In this document: positions 51,062 to 63,188 of the stretch, piece after piece
Layout: each line of letters begins with the position of its first letter
Position numbering within the stretch: position 1 is the stretch's first letter
Notes under the pieces: generated by a model
The model's database searches: none
What the model was told of the DNA's origin: nothing
What the model saw: the letters and a program-made list of their open reading frames with translations, nothing else
NCBI GenBank assembly: GCA_000165345.1
Contig: CM000436.1
Coordinates: 960,001 to 1,024,000 of the forward strand
Reading direction: 5' to 3'
DNA length: 64,000 nt
Translations under genes and position numbers: made by a program

Positions 51062-51610
51062 TTAAAATAGAGCACCAGCTCTTTTAGCAGCATTAACAGC
51101 TGATAAAGCAATATTAGGTGTGGAAATACTAACTCCAACAGAACTTCCATTTAATATAATATTACCATGATCTTTATTTTCATCCATCATGGAATCTTGT
51201 GTAGAAATAACTCTTAATGCAGCTTTTTTACTGCTTTCTTCAATTTCACCAGCAAGAATAATTTCATCCAGAATAAAATAAGCTTTGTGGAAATTGAATA
51301 TAAGATCAAGTTCACAAACATTTCCAAAATATCGATCAAGTACTTCAACATAATGATGTATAATTTCAAGAGCAAGAAGTTCATTATCATTTTTATCAAT
51401 ACAAGCAACAAAATAAAGGCTTGCATATCTTTTAACAACAAGTGTGTGCCCTTTCCAATCGATAAAATTACATAATTTACCTTGTCTATTAATGATCATT
51501 TGCGTAACTTCTTTGATAAATCTTTTACGTTCTGATTGTTGATAAGATGAATACCATTTTTCCAATCTAGTTTTGCCTTGTCTGCTGATAAGTAGAAAGA
51601 ACCTGAACAT
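51062..51610 (-). CDS. AP1S: adaptor protein complex sigma subunit (AP-1 sigma-like) with a short C-terminal extension
   Basis: MFRFFLLISRQGKTRLEKWY...VVKRYASLYFVACI...EIIHHYVEVLDRYFGNVCELDLIFNFHKAYFILDE aligns with AP1S1. Confidence 0.75.
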   Translation of the reverse strand: MFRFFLLISRQGKTRLEKWYSSYQQSERKRFIKEVTQMIINRQGKLCNFIDWKGHTLVVKRYASLYFVACIDKNDNELLALEIIHHYVEVLDRYFGNVCELDLIFNFHKAYFILDEIILAGEIEESSKKAALRVISTQDSMMDENKDHGNIILNGSSVGVSISTPNIALSAVNAAKRAGALF

Positions 51611-52071
51611 AATTACTTTAAAAGAAAAGATACATATGTATTTATATGTATCTTTTTTTTTTTTTTTTTAAATCAAGTATGATTAATAAATAATAATTAT
51701 GAATACAAATATATTTTCAATATTGGGTATAATATTGAATTAAGATGAAGGAGAGGGGAAGAGATAAGATTGATAAATATTAAATATATATATATATATA
51801 TAAATGGATAATTAGGTTAGTCTTGGTTTATAATTAATAATATTATGTACAATATATTAATATATACGATCTTTGAGTATTCTTCTTTTTCTTTCTTTAA
51901 ATAAAATAATAATAAATTATTGAATGAATTACTTCAAGAAGTAAAATTCAATGTTGAATGATGGATGGGGGGCAAAAAAAGAAATATATAAGTCAATTGC
52001 AATTAATTAGAAAGTGGGGAAGGAAAAATAATAAATAAATTACATGGGAAAAAAAATAAATTTGAGAGAAT

Positions 52072-52084
52072 ATGGCGCCATATT
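52072..52084. promoter_or_regulatory. palindromic ATGGCGCCATATT between the divergent AP-sigma and RPS29 genes (a second site, TAGGCGGGAACATTTT, lies at 52234-52249)
   Basis: Direct reading. Confidence 0.5.
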
Positions 52085-52469
52085 TATTTATTCTTAAATC
52101 TAATTTAATATTTTTATTAAGAATATAAAACATGTTATATTTAATTAAAATTTCTTTTTTTTCCTGAGAAATGTTCAAGAATTAATAATATCGTTTATAT
52201 TATTTTAAATTAATTACACCAGTTATAGGGCTTAGGCGGGAACATTTTAAGACACGAGTTTGAGACGGAATTAGGTCAGAATGAATAATTAAGGAATAAT
52301 AAATGATAAATAAAAAAGTAGTAAGGTAATAAATATAATATACAAAGCAATAAATAAATTATTAAAAAAAAACAGGCGGTAAATTAAAGGGTGTATATTT
52401 TGAGAAAAAAAGAGCAAATGTCACAAGGGAGTTTTAATTAATTAAAACAAAACTTACATTAATTTAAGA

Positions 52470-52640
52470 ATGGGCTACAGCAAGGTTTACAATTCACATC
52501 CAAAGACTTACGGTCAAGGCAGCAGATGTTGCCGTGTCTGTTACAATCATCATGGCTTAATTAGAAAGTATTCACTGAACATTTGCAGACAATGCTTCCG
52601 TGAAAGAGCAGAAGCAATAGGATTCCACAAATATAAGTAA
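52470..52640 (+). CDS. RPS29: 40S ribosomal protein S29 (eS29), 56 aa
   Basis: [56 protein letters not shown] has the C-x2-C...C-x2-C zinc ribbon and a length typical of eS29. It is absent from the ORF track because it is under 60 aa. Confidence 0.85.
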   Translation: MGYSKVYNSHPKTYGQGSRCCRVCYNHHGLIRKYSLNICRQCFRERAEAIGFHKYK

Positions 52641-53543
52641 ATTAGTATTTTATATTGGATTGGATTCTGAATTAGTCTTCAGATCTGTAATATTGTTGAG
52701 TCTTCGTTAAAGTACGGTTTACTGGTCTAAAATGTTTATTGCGTGGAGTCTATTGAAGGTTTTGAACAAGAATAATAAATAGGAAAGTTTGTAGAAAAGA
52801 GACTTTGACCAAAGAAACAGAGCTAATGATGATGGTATTTTGTATACAGTATATGTGAATTTGATTTAGATAAGGGTATAATCATATGATTTTACCTGTT
52901 TTTTTTATATTTATATTGGATAACTAGTATTAAAGGTTTGAAGATTTTAACATATATGTATAGATTTATCAGGACTTAGCAATTAGATTTTGATTAGGTT
53001 CCTTATTTAAGGATTATTTAATCATTTTTTAATAGGAATTTACACTTTCTTTTCTCGTTAAAGATGACAGGAGTTGTGGAAATGAGTTTTTGAAGTACTT
53101 ATTTTTGTCTTTTTATTTTGTTAAGTTTTACTTAGCAATTCTACCGGTCATAGATTAGAATTTGGATTAAATATGTGTTTTTTTAATAATACTAACTTTG
53201 TTTCCTCGTTCGTGGTTTTTTTTACAAAATTAATATTTATTTTTGATCCTAATAGACTGGAATATAACTCAAGAGAAGTGAGATTGGGTTAATTTTTTTT
53301 CCTATTTTCATCTTAACTTGTACATTATATACTGAAAAGCAATAGTAATTAATTAACAGAATGAGAGTAAAAGAATACTTTAAGCTCAATTCCAGAAATA
53401 AATATATCATAGATATTGATATATCATAAGATTAAAACAAAAGAAGTAGGTACGTTGTAAGAAGAGGAAAAAATGAATTTATGATTAATTTGTATTGTTT
53501 TCCATGTAAAATAATTACTAAATAAAATTAAATTTTGGCAAGT

Positions 53544-53559
53544 TTTGGCGCCAACTTTG
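53544..53559. promoter_or_regulatory. TTTTGGCGCCAACTTT upstream of Rpn3
   Basis: Direct reading. Confidence 0.5.
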
Positions 53560-53797
53560 AGTGTAATAAGATTATTAAATACCCCTCAAAGTAATTGCTT
53601 TTCCTTACAGCGGATTTAAAAATAAGCAAGAAATATTGTGAGCAGCTTAAGGAAGTGAGAATTAAAGATAATTAGGTACAAATAGTAGAGGGTCTTGTGT
53701 ATTCTCTTTATTCATAAGGAAAAACTTGAGAAATTGAGTTTGAGAAAATAAAAGTGAATAATAATAATCTGCGATTGGTAGGAAGGTGAGGATAAAC

Positions 53798-55423
53798 ATG
53801 GAAAAGGAGAAGAACCAAGATAATGTAGAAAAGACTCAAGAAGCTACAACAAAGCAGAATGTGGAGAATACTGTTGTAGTTGATAAGTTTGTTCTTGAGT
53901 TAATTTCTTCAATGGATTTAATAAAAAGAGGCGTTGAGTCTGCAGATCAAAGATTAATTGGGCGTGCTTTGAGATTATGTAGTTTGAGTAGAATTAGTTT
54001 AAAGAGGAAGTATGTATTAGAGGTTTTGGATAATATTGAGAAGATAATAAGTACTGAAGAATCAGAAGAAATAAATATTACAATATTGAAATCATTAAGA
54101 TCAAACTTAGATTTAGAGTTTTTAAAGAATGAGAATGATGTAGAAATGAAAGATGAATCAGACAATAATACAGAAGCAGAAATGAAGAAGACTATTAATG
54201 CAATAGAAAAAATGGATTGGAATTCAATGAAGCCCTGTTTAAAGGAATGCATTACACTTTTGGGCCTTTTAATCCTTATAAGAATGTATAGTGTTAGAGC
54301 AGAGAATTATATAGCAAAAAAGGAGAAGTCTTTAGAATTAAGAAGAAATAATTTCCAGGAATGTTTGGAATTCTCTAAGATTCTGTTTGATTATTGTAGA
54401 AGAAGTACAAGCCAAACAATGGATCAATTAATTTCAAAAGTTTTATATTTTTATTCAAGAATTCACGAAATTTGTGGAGAATTCACAAATATAAGAAATG
54501 ATGTTCTGGAGAGTTACAGAAATGCTGTATTAAATCATAATAATATGACCCAGGCAGCATGTATTAACTTGATTCTTAGAAACTATGTCTTGACTAAAAG
54601 ATATGATTTGGGATTAAAAGCATTGGAAAAGATGGTTTATCCAGAGAACCTTTCATCTGGAATACATCAAGCGAGATATCTTTATTACTCAGGGAGAATT
54701 TACTCTGCTCAACTTGAATATCAATCGGCTTTTAATAGTTTCACCCAGTCTCTTAGGAAGACTCCACAGACAAAAGGAAGAGGATCACTAAATTTTGCTC
54801 TTTCTGTTCAGAAGTTTGCAATTGTGGTTCAAATGCTCATGGGAGAAGTTCCAGATCGTTCCATTTTTAATTCAACCGATTTAAGAAAAGGACTGGTGCC
54901 ATATCTTGAGCTTGTGAAAGCAGTAAGATCTGGAGACATGAAAGAGTTTGATTTAAATCTCCAGAAGAGAGGAAAAATATATGAACGTGATGGAACACTT
55001 TCATTGATTAAAAGGCTAGCTCATAATGTCATTAGATCTGGGCTTAAGACTATATGCTCATCTTATAATCGAATATATCTGGATGATATTGCTAAATATT
55101 TTGGTTGGGACAATTCCCACGATGTTGAAGGAGTTGTGTCTAAAGCTATTTTAGATAAGGTTGTTGATGCAAAGATCAATGACGATATTAAATGCTTAGA
55201 GAGTCAACACAAGTGTGAAACTTACGGCTCAGAATCAATGCTCAATAATCTCCATTCTCGTATTGCTTTTAGTCTTCTCCTAAGAAGTAATGCTATCAAA
55301 GCTATGGAATATCCGCAGAACATGCCTATTAACAACGAAAATAATGATGATGAAGAAGCCAGGAGACTATCACAGGAAGAAATTGAGGCTGCTGTCAATA
55401 GCGTTGACGATGGAATGATTTAG
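53798..55423 (+). CDS. RPN3: 26S proteasome regulatory subunit Rpn3 (PSMD3), PCI domain
   Basis: RYLYYSGRIYSAQLEYQSAFNSFTQSLRKTPQ...FALSVQKFAIVVQMLMGEVPDRSIF aligns with PSMD3. The first ATG is at 53798 (the track start is GTG). Confidence 0.8.
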   Translation: MEKEKNQDNVEKTQEATTKQNVENTVVVDKFVLELISSMDLIKRGVESADQRLIGRALRLCSLSRISLKRKYVLEVLDNIEKIISTEESEEINITILKSLRSNLDLEFLKNENDVEMKDESDNNTEAEMKKTINAIEKMDWNSMKPCLKECITLLGLLILIRMYSVRAENYIAKKEKSLELRRNNFQECLEFSKILFDYCRRSTSQTMDQLISKVLYFYSRIHEICGEFTNIRNDVLESYRNAVLNHNNMTQAACINLILRNYVLTKRYDLGLKALEKMVYPENLSSGIHQARYLYYSGRIYSAQLEYQSAFNSFTQSLRKTPQTKGRGSLNFALSVQKFAIVVQMLMGEVPDRSIFNSTDLRKGLVPYLELVKAVRSGDMKEFDLNLQKRGKIYERDGTLSLIKRLAHNVIRSGLKTICSSYNRIYLDDIAKYFGWDNSHDVEGVVSKAILDKVVDAKINDDIKCLESQHKCETYGSESMLNNLHSRIAFSLLLRSNAIKAMEYPQNMPINNENNDDEEARRLSQEEIEAAVNSVDDGMI

Positions 55424-55730
55424 CTCCTCAAGCCGCAATTTCACTTATCCAAAATTCTTGAGGAAGCTCTTTTTAATTTCTTTTTCTTTAAAAAATATTT
55501 ATCAAACTTCTTTATTTACTTGAATAATAATATATTTCTTTGTTATTTATTATTAAATTACCTGTCCTCTTTTGCCACTATTCATCTCATTTATTTAAAT
55601 TAATTGTTTTATTTTATATTGTCCACATAAAATAATACATTAATTACTTTGCTTGCACACCGGTATAGATTTTCTGGCGTTTGCATGAAATAAATGCAAA
55701 AATAGTTACGTGGAGAGTAATGTTGCACTC

Positions 55731-55749
55731 TTGGCGGTAAATTGTGGGG
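55731..55749. promoter_or_regulatory. TTGGCGGTAAATTGTGGGG upstream of Timeless
   Basis: Direct reading. Confidence 0.45.
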
Positions 55750-56090
55750 TAGTTAAAATATGTAAAATAAAAGAGTAGTAATAAGTTGATAAAATAACGA
55801 TAAATAAGAAGAGAGGATTATGTTCCATGAAGATTGAGTAGCAATTGATTATTGATTGCTTTTAGTGTAGCTTAAGTTGTTGTTGGTAATTGTTTAAGTA
55901 AAGTTTTTTTCCCCCTTAAGGTTTTAATTATCGAAACAAATTAAAATATAATTGGAGAATTACATTACTATTTAATTAGTTGTGGATATTTCAAGATAAC
56001 TGGCTTTATTAAAAGATAAATAAGATAGTTTAACAATTTATATAGTAAAAAAAGAATAATTAATATTTGGTAAATACTAATAAAAAAAAA

Positions 56091-59000
56091 ATGGAAGAAT
56101 CGTATACTAAGGACAAAGAGTCTATAGCAAATGAGTTGCTTCACTACATTAATTCTTTAATTGAGCCTTTAGCTGACGAATCAGTTGATATTTCTAAAGT
56201 CAATCTAGACAACGTTCAAAATGAATTGAATTTTGGGGGAAGGAAAAGTATATCCAAAATTGAAAAAAGCAATGGGTCAAAACAGGCATGGGTGGTTGGC
56301 GTTGACGCTATTGATGATTTGAGAGATATAATTAAGCTCCTAAAAAGAGAGATTGAAGGAGGAGCAGATTCTGAAAGATATGCTGTAACAATGTTGTGCG
56401 AATGGAATGTTGTGAATACTAAATTGATTCCACTCTGGAATATATCAATAGATAATATAGAAATACAAAGTTTGATCATTCAAGTACTATTTTGGTTGAC
56501 AATTCCTCCAGATGAAAGCTGGAGATCTTTTCGTTCAAAGACAATGAAATGCAGAGCATATTTGAAAAATATGCAAAAAGTAAAGTTTTCATTATGCTCA
56601 ATTTCGTTTTGGCGAGAAATTGTAACACTATATAAGAAGCTTAAGGAAGTCATTCAAAGTCATGGCTTTTTGAAGGAAGATCATGAAGATCTTAGGAATA
56701 GGGAAGAACAAATAGCCTTTTTGAAGGAACAAGATAAAGAGCAGGAAGAAGAGACAACCAAAGAAGTTCATGAAAATGAATCAAGAGATTTTGCTGAGGA
56801 AAATGAAGAAGTTGATGAAAATAATAGAAATAAAATGAAGAGATTGGAAAGGCTTGAGATCATCCGTAATTTAAGAGATGAAATTATTATGATTAATGAA
56901 AGAGCTGAAAAGAGATGCAAACAATTTAAAAGTAGAATTGGAATGATTAAAGGATTGTTAATACAAACTTTAAAGATTCAAGATCAAGTAGTTACAGAGT
57001 CTTTAGCTAATTTCGGAGTAAGATCGGTACATTTGCTCTTAGTTAGTAAGTTAGTTCAAAGTGGAATACTTGAAATTGTTCAAGATGACAGTGAAAGTTT
57101 ATTGAATGATCAAAGGAACTTTTGTAGTATTGATGGCTCTGATGCTGCAGCTCCGTGGAGAATATTAGAATATATATATGGCCTAGTATGTAATATTCAG
57201 CCAATTGATTTTGTTAATGAACTTTTTGGGACTAAGAAAAAATTAACAGAAAATGAAATATTAAAAAATTCTTTGCTTGAGAAGATGAAAATGATTAAAA
57301 AAAGTAGCTCAAGTGGCTTTACTTCTAACTCATTAATGAATAGACATTCTAGATTCAATCCAGAATTGGCCAGAAGAAGGATTAAAGAAAATAATGGTGG
57401 GACCACTGGCCAGGTTGTTAATTCTAAGCGTGTTTCTTCACAAAGAGTGAGTAAATATAGGCATGATTTTGATGTTGATGAAATATTTGAATATATAGAT
57501 ATATTTATTGGAGCAATGCAATCAGCTGGAGGAAATATTCATTGTCTTGAGATGTATGGTTATCCTACAATAGAAGGAACTATAGCAAGCATTGATGGAG
57601 TTCAATCACAATGTTATGATGAAATAGTACAGACATTGGGAGAATTCTTGGAGAATTTTTTCAAATCTAAGCTTCCAATTTTAATTGAGAAGATATTTTT
57701 AATGCTTAGAAATGGAAGTGAAAAACATACATTATGGGATATTTCTAGGTTAATCAGTTTAATGACATGGGTACTTGCATATAAAAGAACTGTATTCTTT
57801 GAAGTTACAAAAAGTGAAAAAGATAAACAAGTCATTAAAGAAGAGTTAACTAGATTATTAATGGAGACAAAATATCTTTTAGATACTAAAGAAAATATGG
57901 CAATCGATTTTATTTACTCAACAATAAAACTCCATGCTAGAGAGAAGTTATTAAAGAATAAATCTCATAAAGTTGCTAGAATCGCAATACGTTGTTTGAA
58001 TGAGCAATTAAAGATAATACATCTAGTATCAAATTCTGAAGAAGAAGCAATCAGAGATTTGGGAGTATCTTTGATAGCTTTTATTATTAGGTTAGATGTA
58101 ATGAATTGCTTATCTTGGATATTGAAGCATTATACAAAGACTTCTCATCATCCAGAGTTATTCTTATATTCAATTGAAGTATCAAATCGTTTGATTAAGC
58201 TATTTAGTAAGCTTGGTGGAGAAACTTTAGTAAATACTCGAAGAAGAAGAAGGGACAAACCAACTAATATGAAAGATTTTAATGACGAGGATTATGATCA
58301 AGATGAAGAGCTTTCAGGATTTAGTGAAATCTATTATAATGAAAAAACTAAGTTAATGAGTTTAGATGAAATGATGGGTGATTATTGTGATGGAAGAATT
58401 GTTTCGAATTTAATGCTTATTGTAAATAATTATTCAACAAATCATTCAAATATTAATTGGCATACTGCAAGACTTGCAAGGAAAATTATTACAACTCGTC
58501 CTCCAGGAGAAGTATCTAAAGTGGGAGAAGATGGTCGTGAAGAACCCTTTATGCAATTATTTTGTGGCTTGTTCTTTCAATTGTCATATTTTATAACTTT
58601 TGCACAAATATTAAGTGATAAGAGTTTTCTTAATCATTCAAAAACTGACAAAGGAGCACAGGATATTATACTATTATCAAGACATGTAATACACCAATTT
58701 TGGGAAGTAGCCAAGGTGAATCAGTTTGTTTTTATGGAATTATTGTTTTCAAAAAATTCTGCAAGAGGACTTGGTTTAGCAGATCCAGAGAGACTTAAAT
58801 CCATTTTTACTGATTATGAGGAAGGGATAGATGCAGCAATTGTTAATAGAATGGAGACTACAGGAAATGATGATGTATTTGAAGCAAGAAGTTTTGTTAA
58901 GAATAAGATTAACAAGGAAAAGCAATCAGCATCAAATTGGACAAAGGAGGATGATGAAGAATTGCTTTCACTATATGCTCAGTACGAGGAAAATCCTAAA

Positions 59001-60989
59001 TGTATTTCAATTATTGCAAGTTTATTATCTGATATAAAGACTGAAAGGTCTGTAAAGAAGAGGTTGAGAGATTTGGGTAAGATATCTAATGAAGAAGATG
59101 AAGAAGACCAAGAAGAAGAGAAGAATATGAGTCAAACAAAAATTAATTCTGATTTGATATTTGGAATTATTGGATTTCATAATATTTCCTTAGAAGAAAT
59201 TAATGAAGATGAATATAGTTTTGATTCAAATATTATATTAAAGGAATTACTTGAGCTTTTAGAGGAATCTCTTACTACAAAGGAAATTTTTAGTGATGGT
59301 CAAATTGATGAAATTCCCATTGAGATTCCCTCAAGCTTACCAATTACATTATTGGATGATAAAAATTATAAGTTGATTATGTCATCTTTGGGATTAAAGG
59401 ATCCAAGAAAAGATCAAAGTTTATGGATGATTCCAAAAGAATTAACTATAGAAGAATACAAAAAGAATATTGATTTGTTTAGAGAATATATAGAAAAGGA
59501 TATATTTGAATTAGAGGAAATAGCTTATAATAATAATGATAATCACACATATAATTCAAGCAATTCTAACTCTGGAGTTGAGAATTTAAAGTATTCAATT
59601 AAGAATTTGAAGAATACAATACAAGATTTTATAGAGGATTCTGAGTTATCAGGTGAAATTTCTAATATAATTGATCATGAAATTCCTATAGAAAATGGAC
59701 TATTACATTTGATTTCAAGTGAACTAAAAGTAATTATTGGAAAAAATAATAATGTTGATAATTGGGAAAGAACTGAGTTGGATGATTTATGTTTTTGTTT
59801 ATCTCAAGAAAGATTGAATATTTTGGGGATAAGAAAGGAGTTTGATAAGATCTATGAATCATTGACTATGTCAAAGTTATTACATTTTCTTGGTTTTAAA
59901 AAGACAAGGATTTCTAATGATGTTGACTTTTTAGTTCATTTAGATAGAGGAATAAGAAAGAAAGATTCTAATATATTTGAAGGAGGTGAAGAAAATAATA
60001 AGACTAGCTTATTTGATGATGATTTGGAAGATGATTTATTAGGAAATGATAATATGAATGATTCTTCAATAAAGGGTTGGATTCTTGACTTTGAGAAGAT
60101 TAAACTTAATGAGTTTAAAGAGAGAAGTAAGATATTCCAAGAATTAGTGATTGGAATGACTGATATAAAGTTAAACATAGGAAAAGATTTGAGTAGGAAT
60201 AATACTTTTTCAAAAGAGACCATTTCTAGAATTTGTTTGGGGATTTATAATTTCAGAAGAAATACTAAGGATTTGAAGATTTTACATCAGATTGTAACTG
60301 TTTTGGATAAGTATTTGTTTAAACAAGGAGATCAAGGTAATAGTGACTATTTGGTAGATATTTATGATAATAATGATTTAATTAGTATTGATGAGTATAC
60401 TATTCAAATAATGGAATCTTTGAATTGTCAAAAAGACGAAAACAATAATTGGTCTATTAAAAGCTTTATTGAATCTTACACTTACGAAAGAATCAAAGAA
60501 TTAAGAGATTTATTACTTAAACTTATTGATCTGGAAATTGTTGAATTAAAAAGATTCACAGAGAAAGTCACAGGAAAGAAACTTAAAGTTAATAAGGAAA
60601 ATATTAGATCAATGAACCAAAGCAATAAAAAAAGGAAAGCCAAGACCTTTATAGAAAAGAATGAGTTAGAGGAAGAAGAGGATGATGATGATGATAATGA
60701 TGATGTTGATAATGATGATGATGTGAAAGGTAAATTGGTCTCTGAAAAAATTATGGATGGAATTGAAGATGGAATTGAAGATGATATTATAGATGACATC
60801 ACAGATAAAATTGATGATAGTATTAACGCGTATATTATTGATGAGAGTGATGATAAATGGAAGAAAAACTGGGAAAACCTTGAGAAAAGAATGCTTAGTG
60901 TGGAAGATGAATGTTCATTAAGTGAATTAGATGAAGATATTGGTAAGATTGATCAAATACCAGATAATTTATTTGGAGAGGATGATTAA
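56091..60989 (+). CDS. TOF1: Timeless/Tof1/Swi1 replication fork protection protein with an acidic C-terminus
   Basis: The N-terminal DDLRDIIKLLKRE...MLCEWNVVNTKLIPLW matches the Timeless N-domain. NQFVFMELLFSKNSARG matches human NQKAFVELLFWKNTAV. A D/E-rich tail is present. The first ATG is at 56091. Confidence 0.7.
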   Translation: MEESYTKDKESIANELLHYINSLIEPLADESVDISKVNLDNVQNELNFGGRKSISKIEKSNGSKQAWVVGVDAIDDLRDIIKLLKREIEGGADSERYAVTMLCEWNVVNTKLIPLWNISIDNIEIQSLIIQVLFWLTIPPDESWRSFRSKTMKCRAYLKNMQKVKFSLCSISFWREIVTLYKKLKEVIQSHGFLKEDHEDLRNREEQIAFLKEQDKEQEEETTKEVHENESRDFAEENEEVDENNRNKMKRLERLEIIRNLRDEIIMINERAEKRCKQFKSRIGMIKGLLIQTLKIQDQVVTESLANFGVRSVHLLLVSKLVQSGILEIVQDDSESLLNDQRNFCSIDGSDAAAPWRILEYIYGLVCNIQPIDFVNELFGTKKKLTENEILKNSLLEKMKMIKKSSSSGFTSNSLMNRHSRFNPELARRRIKENNGGTTGQVVNSKRVSSQRVSKYRHDFDVDEIFEYIDIFIGAMQSAGGNIHCLEMYGYPTIEGTIASIDGVQSQCYDEIVQTLGEFLENFFKSKLPILIEKIFLMLRNGSEKHTLWDISRLISLMTWVLAYKRTVFFEVTKSEKDKQVIKEELTRLLMETKYLLDTKENMAIDFIYSTIKLHAREKLLKNKSHKVARIAIRCLNEQLKIIHLVSNSEEEAIRDLGVSLIAFIIRLDVMNCLSWILKHYTKTSHHPELFLYSIEVSNRLIKLFSKLGGETLVNTRRRRRDKPTNMKDFNDEDYDQDEELSGFSEIYYNEKTKLMSLDEMMGDYCDGRIVSNLMLIVNNYSTNHSNINWHTARLARKIITTRPPGEVSKVGEDGREEPFMQLFCGLFFQLSYFITFAQILSDKSFLNHSKTDKGAQDIILLSRHVIHQFWEVAKVNQFVFMELLFSKNSARGLGLADPERLKSIFTDYEEGIDAAIVNRMETTGNDDVFEARSFVKNKINKEKQSASNWTKEDDEELLSLYAQYEENPKCISIIASLLSDIKTERSVKKRLRDLGKISNEEDEEDQEEEKNMSQTKINSDLIFGIIGFHNISLEEINEDEYSFDSNIILKELLELLEESLTTKEIFSDGQIDEIPIEIPSSLPITLLDDKNYKLIMSSLGLKDPRKDQSLWMIPKELTIEEYKKNIDLFREYIEKDIFELEEIAYNNNDNHTYNSSNSNSGVENLKYSIKNLKNTIQDFIEDSELSGEISNIIDHEIPIENGLLHLISSELKVIIGKNNNVDNWERTELDDLCFCLSQERLNILGIRKEFDKIYESLTMSKLLHFLGFKKTRISNDVDFLVHLDRGIRKKDSNIFEGGEENNKTSLFDDDLEDDLLGNDNMNDSSIKGWILDFEKIKLNEFKERSKIFQELVIGMTDIKLNIGKDLSRNNTFSKETISRICLGIYNFRRNTKDLKILHQIVTVLDKYLFKQGDQGNSDYLVDIYDNNDLISIDEYTIQIMESLNCQKDENNNWSIKSFIESYTYERIKELRDLLLKLIDLEIVELKRFTEKVTGKKLKVNKENIRSMNQSNKKRKAKTFIEKNELEEEEDDDDDNDDVDNDDDVKGKLVSEKIMDGIEDGIEDDIIDDITDKIDDSINAYIIDESDDKWKKNWENLEKRMLSVEDECSLSELDEDIGKIDQIPDNLFGEDD

Positions 60990-61049
60990 ATATGATAATT
61001 ATAGTGGACTAATGTCCAAATTAATAATAATAAAAAATATGAATTAAAG

Positions 61050-62777
61050 TTATGACAAGTTGGGGTGTTTTGGAGCATATAATTTAGATTTCTTCTTTGA
61101 GCTTGATCCAACAAATTTGATTTCTCCACTTTTTGTTTCCATAAAACCATCTGGAAGCTCCTCAATATTGTAAGTTTCAAGAGAAGCATTGGAGAATCCT
61201 TGAAATTGGTGTTTTCTTTTCTTTCCAAAAGCAGAAAGAACTCCATTATTACTTGGATTAATTTCAAGATTATCATCATAATAAGCAATAATACTTGAGT
61301 TATTGAGAGCAACAAATATTTGATTAATTTCGTGAGACCATTCAAATGTGGTAATTAACTGGTTATTTATATTAATAAGTTGTTTATGGTTTTTATTTTC
61401 AGCTGAACCAATTAATGAATTTATTTGAAATGAAACTAAAGAACTTTTAGTACGATTACTAATATTTCTATTTTTGGAGTTATTTGAAGTCATATCTTTA
61501 ATTAATGTTGAAGATGTTACGATACTTGTTCCACATTTAGAGAGAATCAGTTTTGAGTGTTCATTTCCATCACTTGGAAGATTTTTAATGGTTTTAAGAG
61601 GATTATTGGCTTTTCTGATATCCCAGATTTTGATAGATTTATCAATAACTCCTCTACTTGCTAAATAATGATCTTGATCTTGATTGTATTTAACAAAAGT
61701 GATATCAGAAATACTATTAATATTTGCATTTTTGTCAAAATGATGTGCATCTCTAATAATAATGGAAGGAGTTTCTGAATATAAATTACCACTTCTTGAG
61801 AATATTTGAATGGATCCATCAGTACAAGAAGCAGCAACCATTTCGCCTAATGAAGAAATACATAAAGAATTGGTTTGAATAGAAGAAATGTTTAGGTTTC
61901 TTTTATCTAAACATTTCATTACAAATGTACTAGGAATATATCCATCAACTCCAAATGGATCACTATTTAGATCAAAAAGACGAATAGTATTATCAATTGA
62001 GCAAGTAAAGAAACGATTATAGTTTATAGGATCCCATTTACAACTAACAATCATATGTGTATGACCAGGATTTGATTTAACAGACTTAACATATGGATCG
62101 CCTTGTACGGTACCGGTAATAAATTCGCCATTACTTTGAAATATTCTACAAATAGAATCACCACAGGCTGCAAGAAAAAGATTTCCATTTTCATTAAATT
62201 CAACTTTTTTTATGGAATGATTTTCTAATGGACAAATTACTTTATTTGGATTCATATCATTTTCATATAAATTATTGAAATCATATATTTCAATTTCTCC
62301 ATTAATCACTCCACAAATCATTCGATTACCTTTATTAGATACAGAAATGGATGTTACAGGTTTTATTTTATTATTTTCATCTATATTTTGATTTGAATCA
62401 TCTTCAGATTTTCTGAACTGAACATATTGAGCTACTGGGTATTCAATCATTGTATTTTTTATCACACTTTCCATTTGTTTCCGCAAGTTAATAATATTGG
62501 CTAAACTATTGATTCCATCTTCTTCATCGTCATTATTATTATTATTAATATTATTATCATTATCAGATTCATCTTTGGATCTTGTTTTAAGTTTTCCACG
62601 GCTTAAACTTTGCTCAATACTTTCATTAATTCTAGAATCTTTAAGATTTTGTGAATTTGATTCATCTGAAATATCTTTATTTGATTTATTATGTCGTTTT
62701 GAAATATATTTTTCATCATCTTCGCTCTGACTTGATGATGAATAGTCTACAAGGGAAATGCTTTTATTAGATTTCAT
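61050..62777 (-). CDS. WD40-repeat protein with an Asn/Asp/Ser-rich N-terminus, 575 aa
   Basis: WD-like blocks include SCKWDPINYNRFFTCSIDNTIRLFDL and IKIWDIRKANNPL. A true ATG is present. Confidence 0.6.
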   Translation of the reverse strand: MKSNKSISLVDYSSSSQSEDDEKYISKRHNKSNKDISDESNSQNLKDSRINESIEQSLSRGKLKTRSKDESDNDNNINNNNNDDEEDGINSLANIINLRKQMESVIKNTMIEYPVAQYVQFRKSEDDSNQNIDENNKIKPVTSISVSNKGNRMICGVINGEIEIYDFNNLYENDMNPNKVICPLENHSIKKVEFNENGNLFLAACGDSICRIFQSNGEFITGTVQGDPYVKSVKSNPGHTHMIVSCKWDPINYNRFFTCSIDNTIRLFDLNSDPFGVDGYIPSTFVMKCLDKRNLNISSIQTNSLCISSLGEMVAASCTDGSIQIFSRSGNLYSETPSIIIRDAHHFDKNANINSISDITFVKYNQDQDHYLASRGVIDKSIKIWDIRKANNPLKTIKNLPSDGNEHSKLILSKCGTSIVTSSTLIKDMTSNNSKNRNISNRTKSSLVSFQINSLIGSAENKNHKQLININNQLITTFEWSHEINQIFVALNNSSIIAYYDDNLEINPSNNGVLSAFGKKRKHQFQGFSNASLETYNIEELPDGFMETKSGEIKFVGSSSKKKSKLYAPKHPNLS

Positions 62778-63188
62778 ATAAATTCAATATAATTAATATT
62801 TATATAAACTTATTGATATATGTATATATATCAATGTAATTCTTACTATTTGTACTTGTATTTAGATTTTCTAATATTGTATATTGAAAGAATATTGAAT
62901 TAAAAATTATTTGTTATTAATATATTTTTTTTTTTAATTAAATTAGTTTCACTTATTCCCGGGTATAGCTAAAATATGAAAATTCTATTAATTCCCCATT
63001 ATTACCCAATAATTAATAAATTTGTAATCGAAAAAAAAAAATATATATATATATATATATACATATTTATATTTATATTTACATTCCCACAATTAATTTT
63101 AAAAAAGTTGGCAAAAAAAGTATATAACAAAATAATTAGCTCATAATACAAATATTTAAGCCATATTATTTAAATCAAATTACTTAAT

